A stretch of DNA of 64,000 bases from a virus (taxonomy: Duplodnaviria > Caudoviricetes), in IMG/VR virus record IMGVR_UViG_2974506496_000001, positions 1-64,000 of that record; one strand, 5' to 3'. The position numbers were made by a program, and so were the translations under genes. Positions 8,965-18,256 of this stretch are shown here, in pieces. A model generated the notes under the pieces. It ran no database searches and was not told the DNA's origin. It saw only the letters and a list, made by a program, of their open reading frames with translations. Numbering within the stretch: the first letter of the stretch is position 1; the number at the start of each line of letters is the position of its first letter.

Positions 8965-11340
8965 ATGAATTTAAATGTGGACTATACAATTTACGTGGAT
9001 AACACCAAGAAGCTTATCCGCACAATGGTCATTAATTCGGCTCAATCAGCTAATATAATTAACGGCCGTATGGATGGCTTGGGGTACGGTCGTGACATCT
9101 ACGACAAGAGTACCTGGAAGTACTACATGAACATGGCCGGGATCTACCATCCGTCCAATGACCGGATGCAGGTGAAGTCACTCGATAACGGTCAGCTCAT
9201 CGACTTTACCCGTGAGAACATGGAGATCCATGTCAGCACCAAACGCAGCTACCAGTACGGCACCGACTATTATAAAGCCCTGGTTGCGCAGTACCCGTAT
9301 CAGATTGCGTTGATCAAAGGGATCTTAAACCCAATTGATCTCAGTGTCTCAACCACCGCCGAGGACTGGCAGATCCTCTATTACGATAAGACGCTGGTAG
9401 AAGACGGTGAAGAGAACCTGATCCCCCGTTTCCAGGAATGGGTCAACACCCTGATCACCCAGACCTATCTGCCGGACTATGTCTACATCACCGAAGATCT
9501 GATGCACCACTTCTATCTTTCCTTAATTGGTGGTTTTGGTCCTGGTGTGATCCTGGGGATTCGCTTAGAGAACATCAAGACCAACCGGGCACACAGTTTC
9601 CACATCTGGTCGCACATTCTGTCGCATGCTGATATTGAGCAGTATCGTCCGTACCTGAACCGCAAACAGATCCTCTATCTGTATCGTAACATTGTGTGGC
9701 ATACCCGCAACCCAGGTGCGCAATACTCCTTCCAGAAGATGATCGATGCCTTCTTAACGGAACGCCGCATCCCATTACAGTCGTACAACGCCCAGCACAA
9801 CACCTCGAGCATTCTGACCAAGATTAAACCCGAGGTGGAGTTCAAGCGTGAACTGCTGAACATGCAAGATGCGATCGCCAATGTGAACTATGTGCGCAGT
9901 ACCCGTGAGATCCTGGAAGATGAAGTGCCGCTGGCGAAGAACAACGCCGACGTGTACGAAGACCGGATCGGGGAAGTCATTCAGGATGTCGGGACCAACC
10001 GCAACAGTAACCTGCCGACCAAAGTGCTGGAATCCAACATGCGGGATCTGTCTGACTCGCTGCCGTTCTCACACTCCCTGACATTACTGAACGAATGGGT
10101 GCGGTTGTCCTCTACGGGCATGTATACCGCGGTGATCACCACCACCAACCCCAACACCGGGCTGACCATGACCATGACAGTAAAGGAAGCGTTTATCCTT
10201 TACCTGTACGGTGTCTGGCAAAGTCACGGGGTTAACCTGGAGACGATCCCGACCTTCCGTGCCAATATGGTAATGAAGATCCCTCGGCCGCAGTTTGCGT
10301 TCTTAAAAGCACAATACGGCTCGCAGCATGTCACCGACGAGTTCATCAAGTACGCCCTGAATCTCTGTCCGGATATCCCGGCGATCATCTCGACAGAAAC
10401 CTTCTATGCGAAGACACTTGAGATTAATGCCGCGACTCAATTGCACCGGGATCTGTACAGTTACCGTAACCATTATCATGCGCGGGCAGAATTCGAAGCC
10501 CTGGCCTTTGGTTTCTACCAGGATCAGGATTGCGACATCAACTCCGGCATGACCTATAAGGAGTTCTTCAAACAGAAGGGGTGGGACTTCACTGACTTAC
10601 CGCCGGAAGAGTGGGTGGTGTTCGCCAACAAGGTCTCCTCCATTGCCACCGGGTTGGATACGGCTAACCAGCAGAAGCTTGCGGATATTCAGCAAGCCAT
10701 GTTGGGCCTGACCATGCAACTGTCCAGTTACACCATCCAAGTGATCAGGAAGATCAATGAAGAAGCGGTGGTGATGCTCGACTGGCCAACCTTGCGTGGG
10801 GGTGACATGCACATGAAGGTCTATCAGCAGTGGCACTTGGTGGATAACCCTGTGCGACCGATTGATACCCACATGCGTGAGAAGAAGACCTACAACCTGA
10901 TCCACGACTTCCCGAAAGGCCATAACTCGGTAGAGCGCAGCTGGCGCTTCTATATCGACACCGCCCGCCAGTTAAGTAGTCAGGGAATCAACTCCCGTTA
11001 CAACTATTTAAACGGTGCACGTATGCGGCTGTGGACGGCTGACGATGCGGCTGGTACCGAGAACGAGTTTGACCAACAGATGACCGTGAAAGATCTGCAA
11101 GGTCTCTGGATTGACCCGTACGGTGATGCCCGTCCACCGGCTGACTTCAGTGCAGAAGTGTTGAACGGATTGTGGACTGATCCGTTACCCGGGATTGCAC
11201 CAATCGTCAGTAGCTTGGGTGGGTTGTGGATCGACGGTCCAAAGAGCAGTGGTTTTGATGAGGATCTCAACGGACTGCATACTGAAGTCCCTGCGGCATT
11301 ACAAGCCTTGCGCAATACCCCGCCTGATAGCACCACGTAA
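8965..11340 (+). CDS. Virion structural protein, baseplate wedge-like (phiKZ gp128-like)
   Basis: TWKYYMNMAGIYH motif; GGGAGA RBS; C-terminal LxGLW repeats. Confidence 0.65.
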   Translation: MNLNVDYTIYVDNTKKLIRTMVINSAQSANIINGRMDGLGYGRDIYDKSTWKYYMNMAGIYHPSNDRMQVKSLDNGQLIDFTRENMEIHVSTKRSYQYGTDYYKALVAQYPYQIALIKGILNPIDLSVSTTAEDWQILYYDKTLVEDGEENLIPRFQEWVNTLITQTYLPDYVYITEDLMHHFYLSLIGGFGPGVILGIRLENIKTNRAHSFHIWSHILSHADIEQYRPYLNRKQILYLYRNIVWHTRNPGAQYSFQKMIDAFLTERRIPLQSYNAQHNTSSILTKIKPEVEFKRELLNMQDAIANVNYVRSTREILEDEVPLAKNNADVYEDRIGEVIQDVGTNRNSNLPTKVLESNMRDLSDSLPFSHSLTLLNEWVRLSSTGMYTAVITTTNPNTGLTMTMTVKEAFILYLYGVWQSHGVNLETIPTFRANMVMKIPRPQFAFLKAQYGSQHVTDEFIKYALNLCPDIPAIISTETFYAKTLEINAATQLHRDLYSYRNHYHARAEFEALAFGFYQDQDCDINSGMTYKEFFKQKGWDFTDLPPEEWVVFANKVSSIATGLDTANQQKLADIQQAMLGLTMQLSSYTIQVIRKINEEAVVMLDWPTLRGGDMHMKVYQQWHLVDNPVRPIDTHMREKKTYNLIHDFPKGHNSVERSWRFYIDTARQLSSQGINSRYNYLNGARMRLWTADDAAGTENEFDQQMTVKDLQGLWIDPYGDARPPADFSAEVLNGLWTDPLPGIAPIVSSLGGLWIDGPKSSGFDEDLNGLHTEVPAALQALRNTPPDSTT

Positions 11341-11341
11341 C

Positions 11342-11373
11342 CGGCATAATGAGGGGTCGTCACTGACCCCTCA
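11342..11373 (-). terminator. Hairpin-TTATGCCG element on the minus strand
   Basis: Plus strand reads CGGCATAA-TGAGGGGTC-GTCACT-GACCCCTCA. Confidence 0.6.
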
Positions 11374-11378
11374 AAAGT

Positions 11379-11387
11379 AATCCTATG
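11379..11387 (+). promoter_or_regulatory. Candidate late promoter (AATCCTATG)
   Basis: TATG core as in phiKZ late promoters; same AATYMTATG pattern at 18198 and 39919; precedes a structural operon. Confidence 0.4.
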
Positions 11388-11419
11388 TTTACACCACCTC
11401 TACGCCTAAGGAGAACCAC

Positions 11420-12295
11420 GTGCCTGCTAATCAGCCGATTCACGGTGAGGGTGACTATGTTGTAGACGTCGCATTGAGCTCTGCTGAGTTAGTGTATGGT
11501 TTGATTAACCATGACAACAACACAGACTACACCTCATTGACGTTACGGTTAGGAACCCCGACTGTAAATACCAATGCACAGCACGATCGTAATACCCGTA
11601 TCTTTGCCCAAACTCGTCCAGGCGCGCCGAAGCAGGGGTCAACGTATTTCTATTATGATCGTATTTCGCTGGCCTACTACCTGCAAAACTACCCTGACCT
11701 GGAAGTCGACATCACCGATGACATGCTCACCATGCGTGATCTGATTCCGTGGATGAACCAGACCTTTGGATTAGGGTTGGTTGCTGAAGACGTCCGGGCC
11801 GATTTAATTGACCGTAGCCCGAACGCTGAAAACCGCTTTGCGATGTCAGCTGCCTCGCTGGCCTGGCAGGATTCGATCGTCTTAAAGATCAACATCCCAC
11901 CGGTGGATATTGCCACCTTGACCGGTGACTCGGTCTTTGATGCCATCGAAGTGGTGTCAGAACACCCACACACTTACGGCCAGTTGTACGGCTACCAGGT
12001 TGACACCTCTGGTATGGCAGCGTTACTGACCGGCCTGCCAATTGGTAAGCTGAGTAATCTCAATGGTGAGAACCTCACGCAAGCATTGTCCACTGCTACT
12101 TCTGACTATTGGGCTTTCGATGCAACTCCAGTTGTCCGTAACCTCTATGGTGCTACTGTGCGCTTTAATGGTCGCAGTACTGACCAGGCCTTGTACCCCA
12201 CTAAACCAGACAACGCGTACATGGTAATCGTGGATATTGTTGAGAGCGAATGCCTGGAGTTCGAAGGCCCGTTGGTTCTCTACTACACCCGTTAA
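11420..12295 (+). CDS. Virion structural protein, paralog family A
   Basis: YDRISL and LYGATVRFNG motifs shared with 12311 and 14041. Confidence 0.65.
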   Translation: MPANQPIHGEGDYVVDVALSSAELVYGLINHDNNTDYTSLTLRLGTPTVNTNAQHDRNTRIFAQTRPGAPKQGSTYFYYDRISLAYYLQNYPDLEVDITDDMLTMRDLIPWMNQTFGLGLVAEDVRADLIDRSPNAENRFAMSAASLAWQDSIVLKINIPPVDIATLTGDSVFDAIEVVSEHPHTYGQLYGYQVDTSGMAALLTGLPIGKLSNLNGENLTQALSTATSDYWAFDATPVVRNLYGATVRFNGRSTDQALYPTKPDNAYMVIVDIVESECLEFEGPLVLYYTR

Positions 12296-12310
12296 CCGAG
12301 GAATCGCATT

Positions 12311-13129
12311 ATGTTACAACGCATTCTGCAAAAGACGGCTAACGAGATTATCGTTGAACCGTTTAACCTGGCTTTTAACACCAACTTAAAAGCTGCCAAT
12401 TTTGAGCTGAAGGATGTCGGCCCTGCAACCGGTGGAAAAGATACCCAAGCCACCTTGTCGGTGATCGACACCACCTCCGGGTATAAAGGTGAGCGTCCGT
12501 TCACCTATGACCGTCTGGATGCCACAGAACTCTTTTACGGTGTGCCGAAGTTCTTCCCAATGGGTTCGGCTGACATTGATGAATACTCTGTCGTTGGGAT
12601 GCTGGCCTTACGTTATGGTCTGAAGCTTGACATCAACCATATCGCTAACGTCGCCATCACTGCCGGTAAAGCCGTGGTGACTTTCGCAGATTCATCCCCG
12701 ATCATCAAAGGCAGTGTGCAGTTTGACTTCTACGATGAAGCCATCGACTTGGAAGAACTGATTGCTGATCCAGAAATCGGTGTGCTGGAGATGCCAGAGC
12801 GTACTGAGAAGCCGAACGTGACGTATTACAGTTACGCGCACGACATGACGTACTGCAAAGCGTTTGTTCCGGGTATGGCGGTGGGTTCACTGGCAACACA
12901 GGAACTGGCCGATGCAGTAGCGAGCATCACCGGTGATCCGTGGGTGCTGGCAGACGGTACGACCACTGAATACAACCTGGCCGGTGCTGAGCTCGTCTAC
13001 AACGGCAACACCACCACTGCGAATGCCCAGGGCTATCCCGTCAATGACGAATACGCCATGGTGGCTTTGTTTAAATTAACAGATTCATGTAATAATTTTA
13101 GTGGTCTGCTAATGGTTAACATGAACTAA
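12311..13129 (+). CDS. Virion structural protein, paralog family A
   Basis: YDRLDA and LAGAELVYNG motifs. Confidence 0.65.
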   Translation: MLQRILQKTANEIIVEPFNLAFNTNLKAANFELKDVGPATGGKDTQATLSVIDTTSGYKGERPFTYDRLDATELFYGVPKFFPMGSADIDEYSVVGMLALRYGLKLDINHIANVAITAGKAVVTFADSSPIIKGSVQFDFYDEAIDLEELIADPEIGVLEMPERTEKPNVTYYSYAHDMTYCKAFVPGMAVGSLATQELADAVASITGDPWVLADGTTTEYNLAGAELVYNGNTTTANAQGYPVNDEYAMVALFKLTDSCNNFSGLLMVNMN

Positions 13130-13149
13130 TCTGTTGAAAAGGAACAATA

Positions 13150-14025
13150 ATGAAACGTAATGTCAGATCGCATGCAGGGAACATGTTGCAGGTCGCCCAG
13201 ATGTTGGGGATTGCACATGTGGTTCAGGAGCACACCACGCTGAATGAAAAGTTCAATGTGCTGCCTGATCAGATCCCGCAGACCGGTCGCCCTAACATGC
13301 AGTACTTCTGCATTGGCTTTGGCGGACACAAAGGTATTCTCGGTAAGAACAATACCTTCCTGTCCACATCGATCGACCACTACCCGGATCATGCGGCGCT
13401 CTATAAACACATCCCGTTTGTGTTGCGTGAGATCGGTAATGACCTCACTGCAGATCAGCGCGCGAAGTATCGTCTGCGCAGCATCATCACGCTGGATGAC
13501 GGCAGTCGCTATATCGCCTACTACCTAAAGAAGATCGAACTCAGTAATGTGGTGGTGCGTTCTCAAAAGAACACACGCGATGAAGCCGGTTTAATCGCCA
13601 CCTCTGACTACGTGCCGGATGCCTCGGTACTGAACCCACAACAACCTGAACTCAACACCAACAACATCGACCAGGTAGTCACCTCCACGACCTTCTTGTC
13701 AGCCAACGCTGAACTGGATCTGTCGCTGAATGAGCTTGACTGTTCAGAGCTGCTCGATGTCGCCCGCATCCTTTATAAAGATGAAGCGTATGCCCTGGTG
13801 TCGGAGTACGGTTTGGTGGCGGGTATCGATGTCCCTGCCCAGGGTTCAACCGGTGCTGGCGGAACCATTCAGTATACTGAAGTGGTGGCGGCACAGATCG
13901 TGGACTTCATGACCAACCGTGGCTCAGGTGCGGATGATGACGATAAAGGCATCACCTGTCTGGTCAACTACGGTGCTACTGAGCCGCTGTTAGCTGACAG
14001 TGGTGCAAACGCAACAACCGTCTAA
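13150..14025 (+). CDS. Conserved virion (baseplate/tail) protein
   Basis: TTLNEKF, YFCIGFGGH, IPFVLR, YIAYYLKKI motifs typical of phiKZ-like structural proteins. Confidence 0.6.
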   Translation: MKRNVRSHAGNMLQVAQMLGIAHVVQEHTTLNEKFNVLPDQIPQTGRPNMQYFCIGFGGHKGILGKNNTFLSTSIDHYPDHAALYKHIPFVLREIGNDLTADQRAKYRLRSIITLDDGSRYIAYYLKKIELSNVVVRSQKNTRDEAGLIATSDYVPDASVLNPQQPELNTNNIDQVVTSTTFLSANAELDLSLNELDCSELLDVARILYKDEAYALVSEYGLVAGIDVPAQGSTGAGGTIQYTEVVAAQIVDFMTNRGSGADDDDKGITCLVNYGATEPLLADSGANATTV

Positions 14026-14040
14026 TGACACGGGGGTGAC

Positions 14041-14910
14041 ATGAACATTCTGGGTAAAGATCCACAACAGTTGATCAAAGAACTCGCTGCCGGTCACAAC
14101 AATGTCACGTTGGTGCCAGGGGCGACGAAAGTGGTTAACTTTCAAAACCTGGCTGGTACGGTTGGTATTGACGCACAGGCGGATATTGTCCCGGCTGACC
14201 CGACCGTCTATTACCGTAAGAAGACCATCCAGTTTGGCAAGATCGATCTGTCCAAGCATTGGCTGAATCAGCGTCTGACGATCCCACTGCAGGCGAACTC
14301 AACCAGCCACAGCATCTTACCACAGCTGATCAAACGTTATGGTCTGAAACTGTCCACCGACGATCTGGTGTTGACCACGGTAAATACCAGTAAAGATATC
14401 TGGGAATTACCGATTCGGGTGAAAGCCACCTCGTGGGTCTTTAAGAACACGCTGGACAACATTATCGTCTACGCCACCGATGTCAGCACTGATCTGCAGT
14501 ATGTGATCAAACGCCCATCGTTGACTGGGCTGGCGTATCCTTCTGCCGATACCACCAAGATGCAAGGCCCGCTGTTAAGCTACGGTATGCATTACAGTGT
14601 GTATACCGGACAGAACGAAGCTCTCCGCAATGCGAAGGTCGGTTACAAGATGATTGTGGCCTCTGACGATGACTGGGCGATTGCGGATCTGCTGTCGGAC
14701 TATACGGGTCTGGCATGGTCGTTTAAACAGACTGGACCAAGCCTGTACAATGCCGAAGTGATGTATAATGGTGTTGCAACGAATGTACCGAGCACCTATT
14801 CCCATCTTGATCGCAATAGCGCCACGAACTTCTTAATTCTGAAGCTCAGTGGTGTTGGTGATGTGGGCGGGTATGTTGCTATTGGTTATACGATCGAAGT
14901 TGATCCGTAG
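14041..14910 (+). CDS. Virion structural protein, paralog family A
   Basis: FGKIDL and LYNAEVMYNG motifs. Confidence 0.65.
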   Translation: MNILGKDPQQLIKELAAGHNNVTLVPGATKVVNFQNLAGTVGIDAQADIVPADPTVYYRKKTIQFGKIDLSKHWLNQRLTIPLQANSTSHSILPQLIKRYGLKLSTDDLVLTTVNTSKDIWELPIRVKATSWVFKNTLDNIIVYATDVSTDLQYVIKRPSLTGLAYPSADTTKMQGPLLSYGMHYSVYTGQNEALRNAKVGYKMIVASDDDWAIADLLSDYTGLAWSFKQTGPSLYNAEVMYNGVATNVPSTYSHLDRNSATNFLILKLSGVGDVGGYVAIGYTIEVDP

Positions 14911-14923
14911 CAGTGTATAAATG

Positions 14924-14949
14924 AAGGGTGGGGCTTCGGCTCTGCCCTT
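14924..14949 (+). terminator. GC-rich UUCG hairpin between structural genes and ruvC
   Basis: AAGGGTGGGGC-TTCG-GCTCTGCCCTT; no U-tract. Confidence 0.45.
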
Positions 14950-14959
14950 AGGGAGTCTT

Positions 14960-15565
14960 ATGATGGTGTTGCAAGATGGACGCCCGGTGGAAGAGTTACT
15001 GCAGGTCTCCATTGACCCCGGAACTGATACCGTCGGTGTTACGTTATTGGGATTGCATCCGATCACCCTTGAGATGACCTGGAAGGAATCCTTTACGTTG
15101 TATGGATCATTGCTTAATTACCGCTCAGAGCTCGTGTTCCAGGAAGACCGGAATCGTGATGCACGTTTAAAGGGCCTCACTGATGCCCTGTTGCGTTATC
15201 TCTGTACGGTGCGGCCTCACGTAGTGGTGTTTGAAGATAACTTCTTACGTCACTCCCCACAGGCCTTTAAAGCACTGATCGAATCGGTGGAAGCCATTAA
15301 GCGCGCAGTCTGGGGATATAACCCATACTTACCGTTCTATGAGATCTCTCCGATGCAGGCGAAAGGTGCCGTGAATGCGATTGCTCCTCGCGGACAAAAA
15401 CATGATAAGGAGCTAGTGCGTAAGGGACTGATGAACTATCCACGTTTACAAATCCCTCATGCTATTTTGCAGACACTCTCTGAGCACGCAGTTGACTCCG
15501 TCGCCATCGGCATCTACGGCCTGGAACAATTGTCGCTCGCATTGAGTGCTGCTCATTGGAGATAA
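14960..15565 (+). CDS. ruvC: RuvC-like Holliday junction resolvase
   Basis: SIDPGTDTVG, VVFED, QAKGAV, HAVDSVAIG match the RuvC acidic motifs; GGGAG RBS before ATG 14960. Confidence 0.8.
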   Translation: MMVLQDGRPVEELLQVSIDPGTDTVGVTLLGLHPITLEMTWKESFTLYGSLLNYRSELVFQEDRNRDARLKGLTDALLRYLCTVRPHVVVFEDNFLRHSPQAFKALIESVEAIKRAVWGYNPYLPFYEISPMQAKGAVNAIAPRGQKHDKELVRKGLMNYPRLQIPHAILQTLSEHAVDSVAIGIYGLEQLSLALSAAHWR

Positions 15566-15566
15566 A

Positions 15567-16076
15567 ATGACTACGCAGGCTACTGAAGAAGAGAAGGTGG
15601 AAGTGCCGGCATCGAGTCTGGTTGAACCAGTGATCGAGTCGGTACACCCGCCGGTTGTCCGGGCAATGAACTTTGCCGGGGTATTGGCTGTCCTCACCAC
15701 CTGTTTGTGTGCCATTGCTTTCTTTGCCAACATGTCAATCCATGTCTGGCGAAACGGGTCATGGCCGCCGAACGTGGGGGCGGTGATCGTGGCAGTGGTG
15801 TTGATCGGTCCTGTCTTAACCGCCTGGCAGTTCATGGGTGTGCGCAAAATCCTAACCTCATTACTTTCAAACGAGAATGGCCTGGGGTTAGGCGGAATTG
15901 CGAAAGAGGTCGTGGCACGGCGTATGGGGTTTCAATACCAGCCGACCCAGCCAATGACCAGCCAGCAGGTGCAGCAAAACTACCCGTCACATCAACCGCC
16001 GGTGGAATACCCCACGCCACCCGAGGGTTATGCACAGAACGTCCCGCCCGTACCACCCGGTGAGAATGCACGATGA
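15567..16076 (+). CDS. Two-TM membrane protein with Pro/Gln-rich tail; holin candidate
   Basis: Two hydrophobic segments; converges on the spanin genes. Confidence 0.45.
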   Translation: MTTQATEEEKVEVPASSLVEPVIESVHPPVVRAMNFAGVLAVLTTCLCAIAFFANMSIHVWRNGSWPPNVGAVIVAVVLIGPVLTAWQFMGVRKILTSLLSNENGLGLGGIAKEVVARRMGFQYQPTQPMTSQQVQQNYPSHQPPVEYPTPPEGYAQNVPPVPPGENAR

Positions 16077-16097
16077 ATAGCACCGAACTGATTTAAT

Positions 16098-16150
16098 CAG
16101 CATAAAGACAGAGAGCTTCCTTGCGGAGGCCCTCTGTCTTGTTTATGCCG
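16098..16150. terminator. Bidirectional hairpin-TTATGC element between convergent genes
   Basis: CAGCATAA-AGACAGAG..CTCTGTCTT-GTTTATGCCG. Confidence 0.75.
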
Positions 16151-16157
16151 GTTAAGG

Positions 16158-16661
16158 TTATTTCGTCGATCCGGTAGGGGGATTGACTTTCAGGTTGTTC
16201 AACTGTTTTATTGCAGTGAGCAGACCGGTGGTGTACTCCTGGAGTTTGGTCAGACGACGAGCAGTGTCATCCGCTTCTGCCCCAATATTGATTAAGAACT
16301 GACTGTCTTCAGGTGGAAAGTACAGGTACTCATCATCTTCGAGCACACTGGTGACTTTATAGTTTACATCAGGCAAAGGTGCAATCGCTGCCGTTGAGGT
16401 AGCTGGAGCGCCCGCTGGAACACCTACAGTTGCAGGCACGTCAGCATCACTCGTACTACCAAAGCGGTCAATGATTCGCTTTTGCACCGTCGGAGCCGCG
16501 GGTCGCATCAGGGGAGCTGGCGGCTCCTGGACTTGCAATACCGTTTGCTCCAGCAACGTTCCGGTAAGGGATGGTGACAGGGGCGCTTGGTTTCTTGATC
16601 CGCAACCGGAAAGAACCATCACTAACAGCCCCAAGCAAGTTCCCAGTAGTAGCTTGCGCAT
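16158..16661 (-). CDS. o-spanin (Rz1-like outer-membrane lipoprotein)
   Basis: MRKLLLGTCLGLLVMVLSG-C lipobox; Pro-rich; starts inside the i-spanin gene in another frame. Confidence 0.7.
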   Translation of the reverse strand: MRKLLLGTCLGLLVMVLSGCGSRNQAPLSPSLTGTLLEQTVLQVQEPPAPLMRPAAPTVQKRIIDRFGSTSDADVPATVGVPAGAPATSTAAIAPLPDVNYKVTSVLEDDEYLYFPPEDSQFLINIGAEADDTARRLTKLQEYTTGLLTAIKQLNNLKVNPPTGSTK

Positions 16662-16932
16662 CCTGTGACTCCTTATCATATTCAGAACTGATTCGTTGAG
16701 TCAGCGCCATCTGTTGTTGCTGGATGTCTCTCGTCTGCTCCCCGAGGACCTTTAGTTGATTAACAGATTCGCCTATCGATTCAATCTGTTTCGACATTTG
16801 TTTCTGTTGTTCACCAAGCGTGGCAACCGACGTCGCTGTTGACCACAGAAAATAGACAACGAAGCCTACCACTGCGATGACAAGTACGACTTTGAAGTTT
16901 TTAAGAAATAGTTCTTTCAGCAGAATCCACAT
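16468..16932 (-). CDS. i-spanin (Rz-like inner-membrane protein)
   Basis: N-terminal TM, coiled coil, Rz-like GSFRLRIK segment. Confidence 0.7.
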   Translation of the reverse strand: MWILLKELFLKNFKVVLVIAVVGFVVYFLWSTATSVATLGEQQKQMSKQIESIGESVNQLKVLGEQTRDIQQQQMALTQRISSEYDKESQDAQATTGNLLGAVSDGSFRLRIKKPSAPVTIPYRNVAGANGIASPGAASSPDATRGSDGAKANH

Positions 16933-16941
16933 AAGTCGACC

Positions 16942-18171
16942 TTAATAGGTAGAGATCTTCAACCACCAGGCTTTGGCAAAGACCCAGGGTTTGGGCATCA
17001 GCCCATAGTCTGTGACAATGTCCTCGTTACGGTACTGGATGGTTGTGTTAAGGGCGAATCGCCGACGATGGTGTAAGGTAAGTAACCGAGAGCGTCCCTC
17101 GCCCGGGCGTAGCAAAGGCTCCGCCATCACCCCGTTGTTCAGCTGAATGGGGATACGAGTGTTATCGGGCACGGTGAACATACCAGGCCATTTATGTGTC
17201 TCCAGGGGAATCTGCTCCACTTCTAAGAGCGGATTGTCAAACACCACCCAAAAACTGGTAGATAAGAGCAGCCAGGCTTTATAGAAGTCATCCTTCTGGT
17301 AATCACCCTTGCTCATGATCCGAGGCGAGTCAGGATTGATATTGGCCGGAATGCTAGATAGGTCTATGAATTCGCGGTCATAGAAATAGCGATCAACCCA
17401 GTCAATATACACCGTTGACAAACTGACCAGGCCTTCTCCGAGGATAGAGATGACTTCATCCTGCCAATAGAAGATCCCACCGATCACAATCCCGACGGAT
17501 TTACCCTGGGTGCTAAACGGCGGCGACATCAAGATCTTCTGCCGATAGGGGTTCAGTTCATCTGAAGGCTGGAGCTGGTCCGCGGTGATGGAGTAACACT
17601 TCAGGGTGCTGACATTATGAAAGCTCAATACGCCTGATTTCACATCGTTGCTGACTTTGGCATTTTTACACGCATCTAACAGATAGATGCCGTCATCGGA
17701 TAGCGAGCTGCGGTGCAGGTAGCCGTTCACGGTAAACAATGCACAGTTAAATAATGTCGGGTAGTCCACTCCTTCTTTCATTAAGATGACATCATTAGCG
17801 TCCGCATAGCTAAAGTCACGTTTCAGGGATGAGGTGATGTTGGTCGGCTTTTGGGTAAACCACCATTCATTGAGATTGTTAAATAGCGCAGACTTCTTGG
17901 TGAGATTAGGTAGCGTCGTTGAGGTGGTCAACGCCCGGTTACCGAGCGAGGCTAACCACTGCACCAACGTACCGTTGAAAGCACTCACTTCATTATAATA
18001 ATCCTGCAGAACCAGACAGACGTTCTTCTTTAGAAAGGGTGACGATAATATGACCCGGTTTTCAGAATAGGTCTGCAACACCGTTTTGAGCTGCATGGAT
18101 GAAATATCGTCAGCAACTAACTTCGGGCGCTTGCCCACGGTTTTGGAAATACAGGCAACGTAGTTATACAT
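16942..18171 (-). CDS. Conserved virion structural protein
   Basis: 409 aa; WLASLGNRAL and LFTVNGYLH motifs seen in phiKZ-like virion proteins. Confidence 0.55.
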   Translation of the reverse strand: MYNYVACISKTVGKRPKLVADDISSMQLKTVLQTYSENRVILSSPFLKKNVCLVLQDYYNEVSAFNGTLVQWLASLGNRALTTSTTLPNLTKKSALFNNLNEWWFTQKPTNITSSLKRDFSYADANDVILMKEGVDYPTLFNCALFTVNGYLHRSSLSDDGIYLLDACKNAKVSNDVKSGVLSFHNVSTLKCYSITADQLQPSDELNPYRQKILMSPPFSTQGKSVGIVIGGIFYWQDEVISILGEGLVSLSTVYIDWVDRYFYDREFIDLSSIPANINPDSPRIMSKGDYQKDDFYKAWLLLSTSFWVVFDNPLLEVEQIPLETHKWPGMFTVPDNTRIPIQLNNGVMAEPLLRPGEGRSRLLTLHHRRRFALNTTIQYRNEDIVTDYGLMPKPWVFAKAWWLKISTY

Positions 18172-18197
18172 GCGCTCCGCCCTTAGTTTGAAAAATC

Positions 18198-18206
18198 AAT
18201 CATATG
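18198..18206. promoter_or_regulatory. Candidate late promoter(s), AATCATATG; palindromic CATATG gives TATG on both strands
   Basis: Lies in the 85-bp gap between divergent virion genes. Confidence 0.4.
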
Positions 18207-18256
18207 TGCTCGTTACTTAAACATACCTAAGCTATAAAATTACTTTGGAGACCGAC

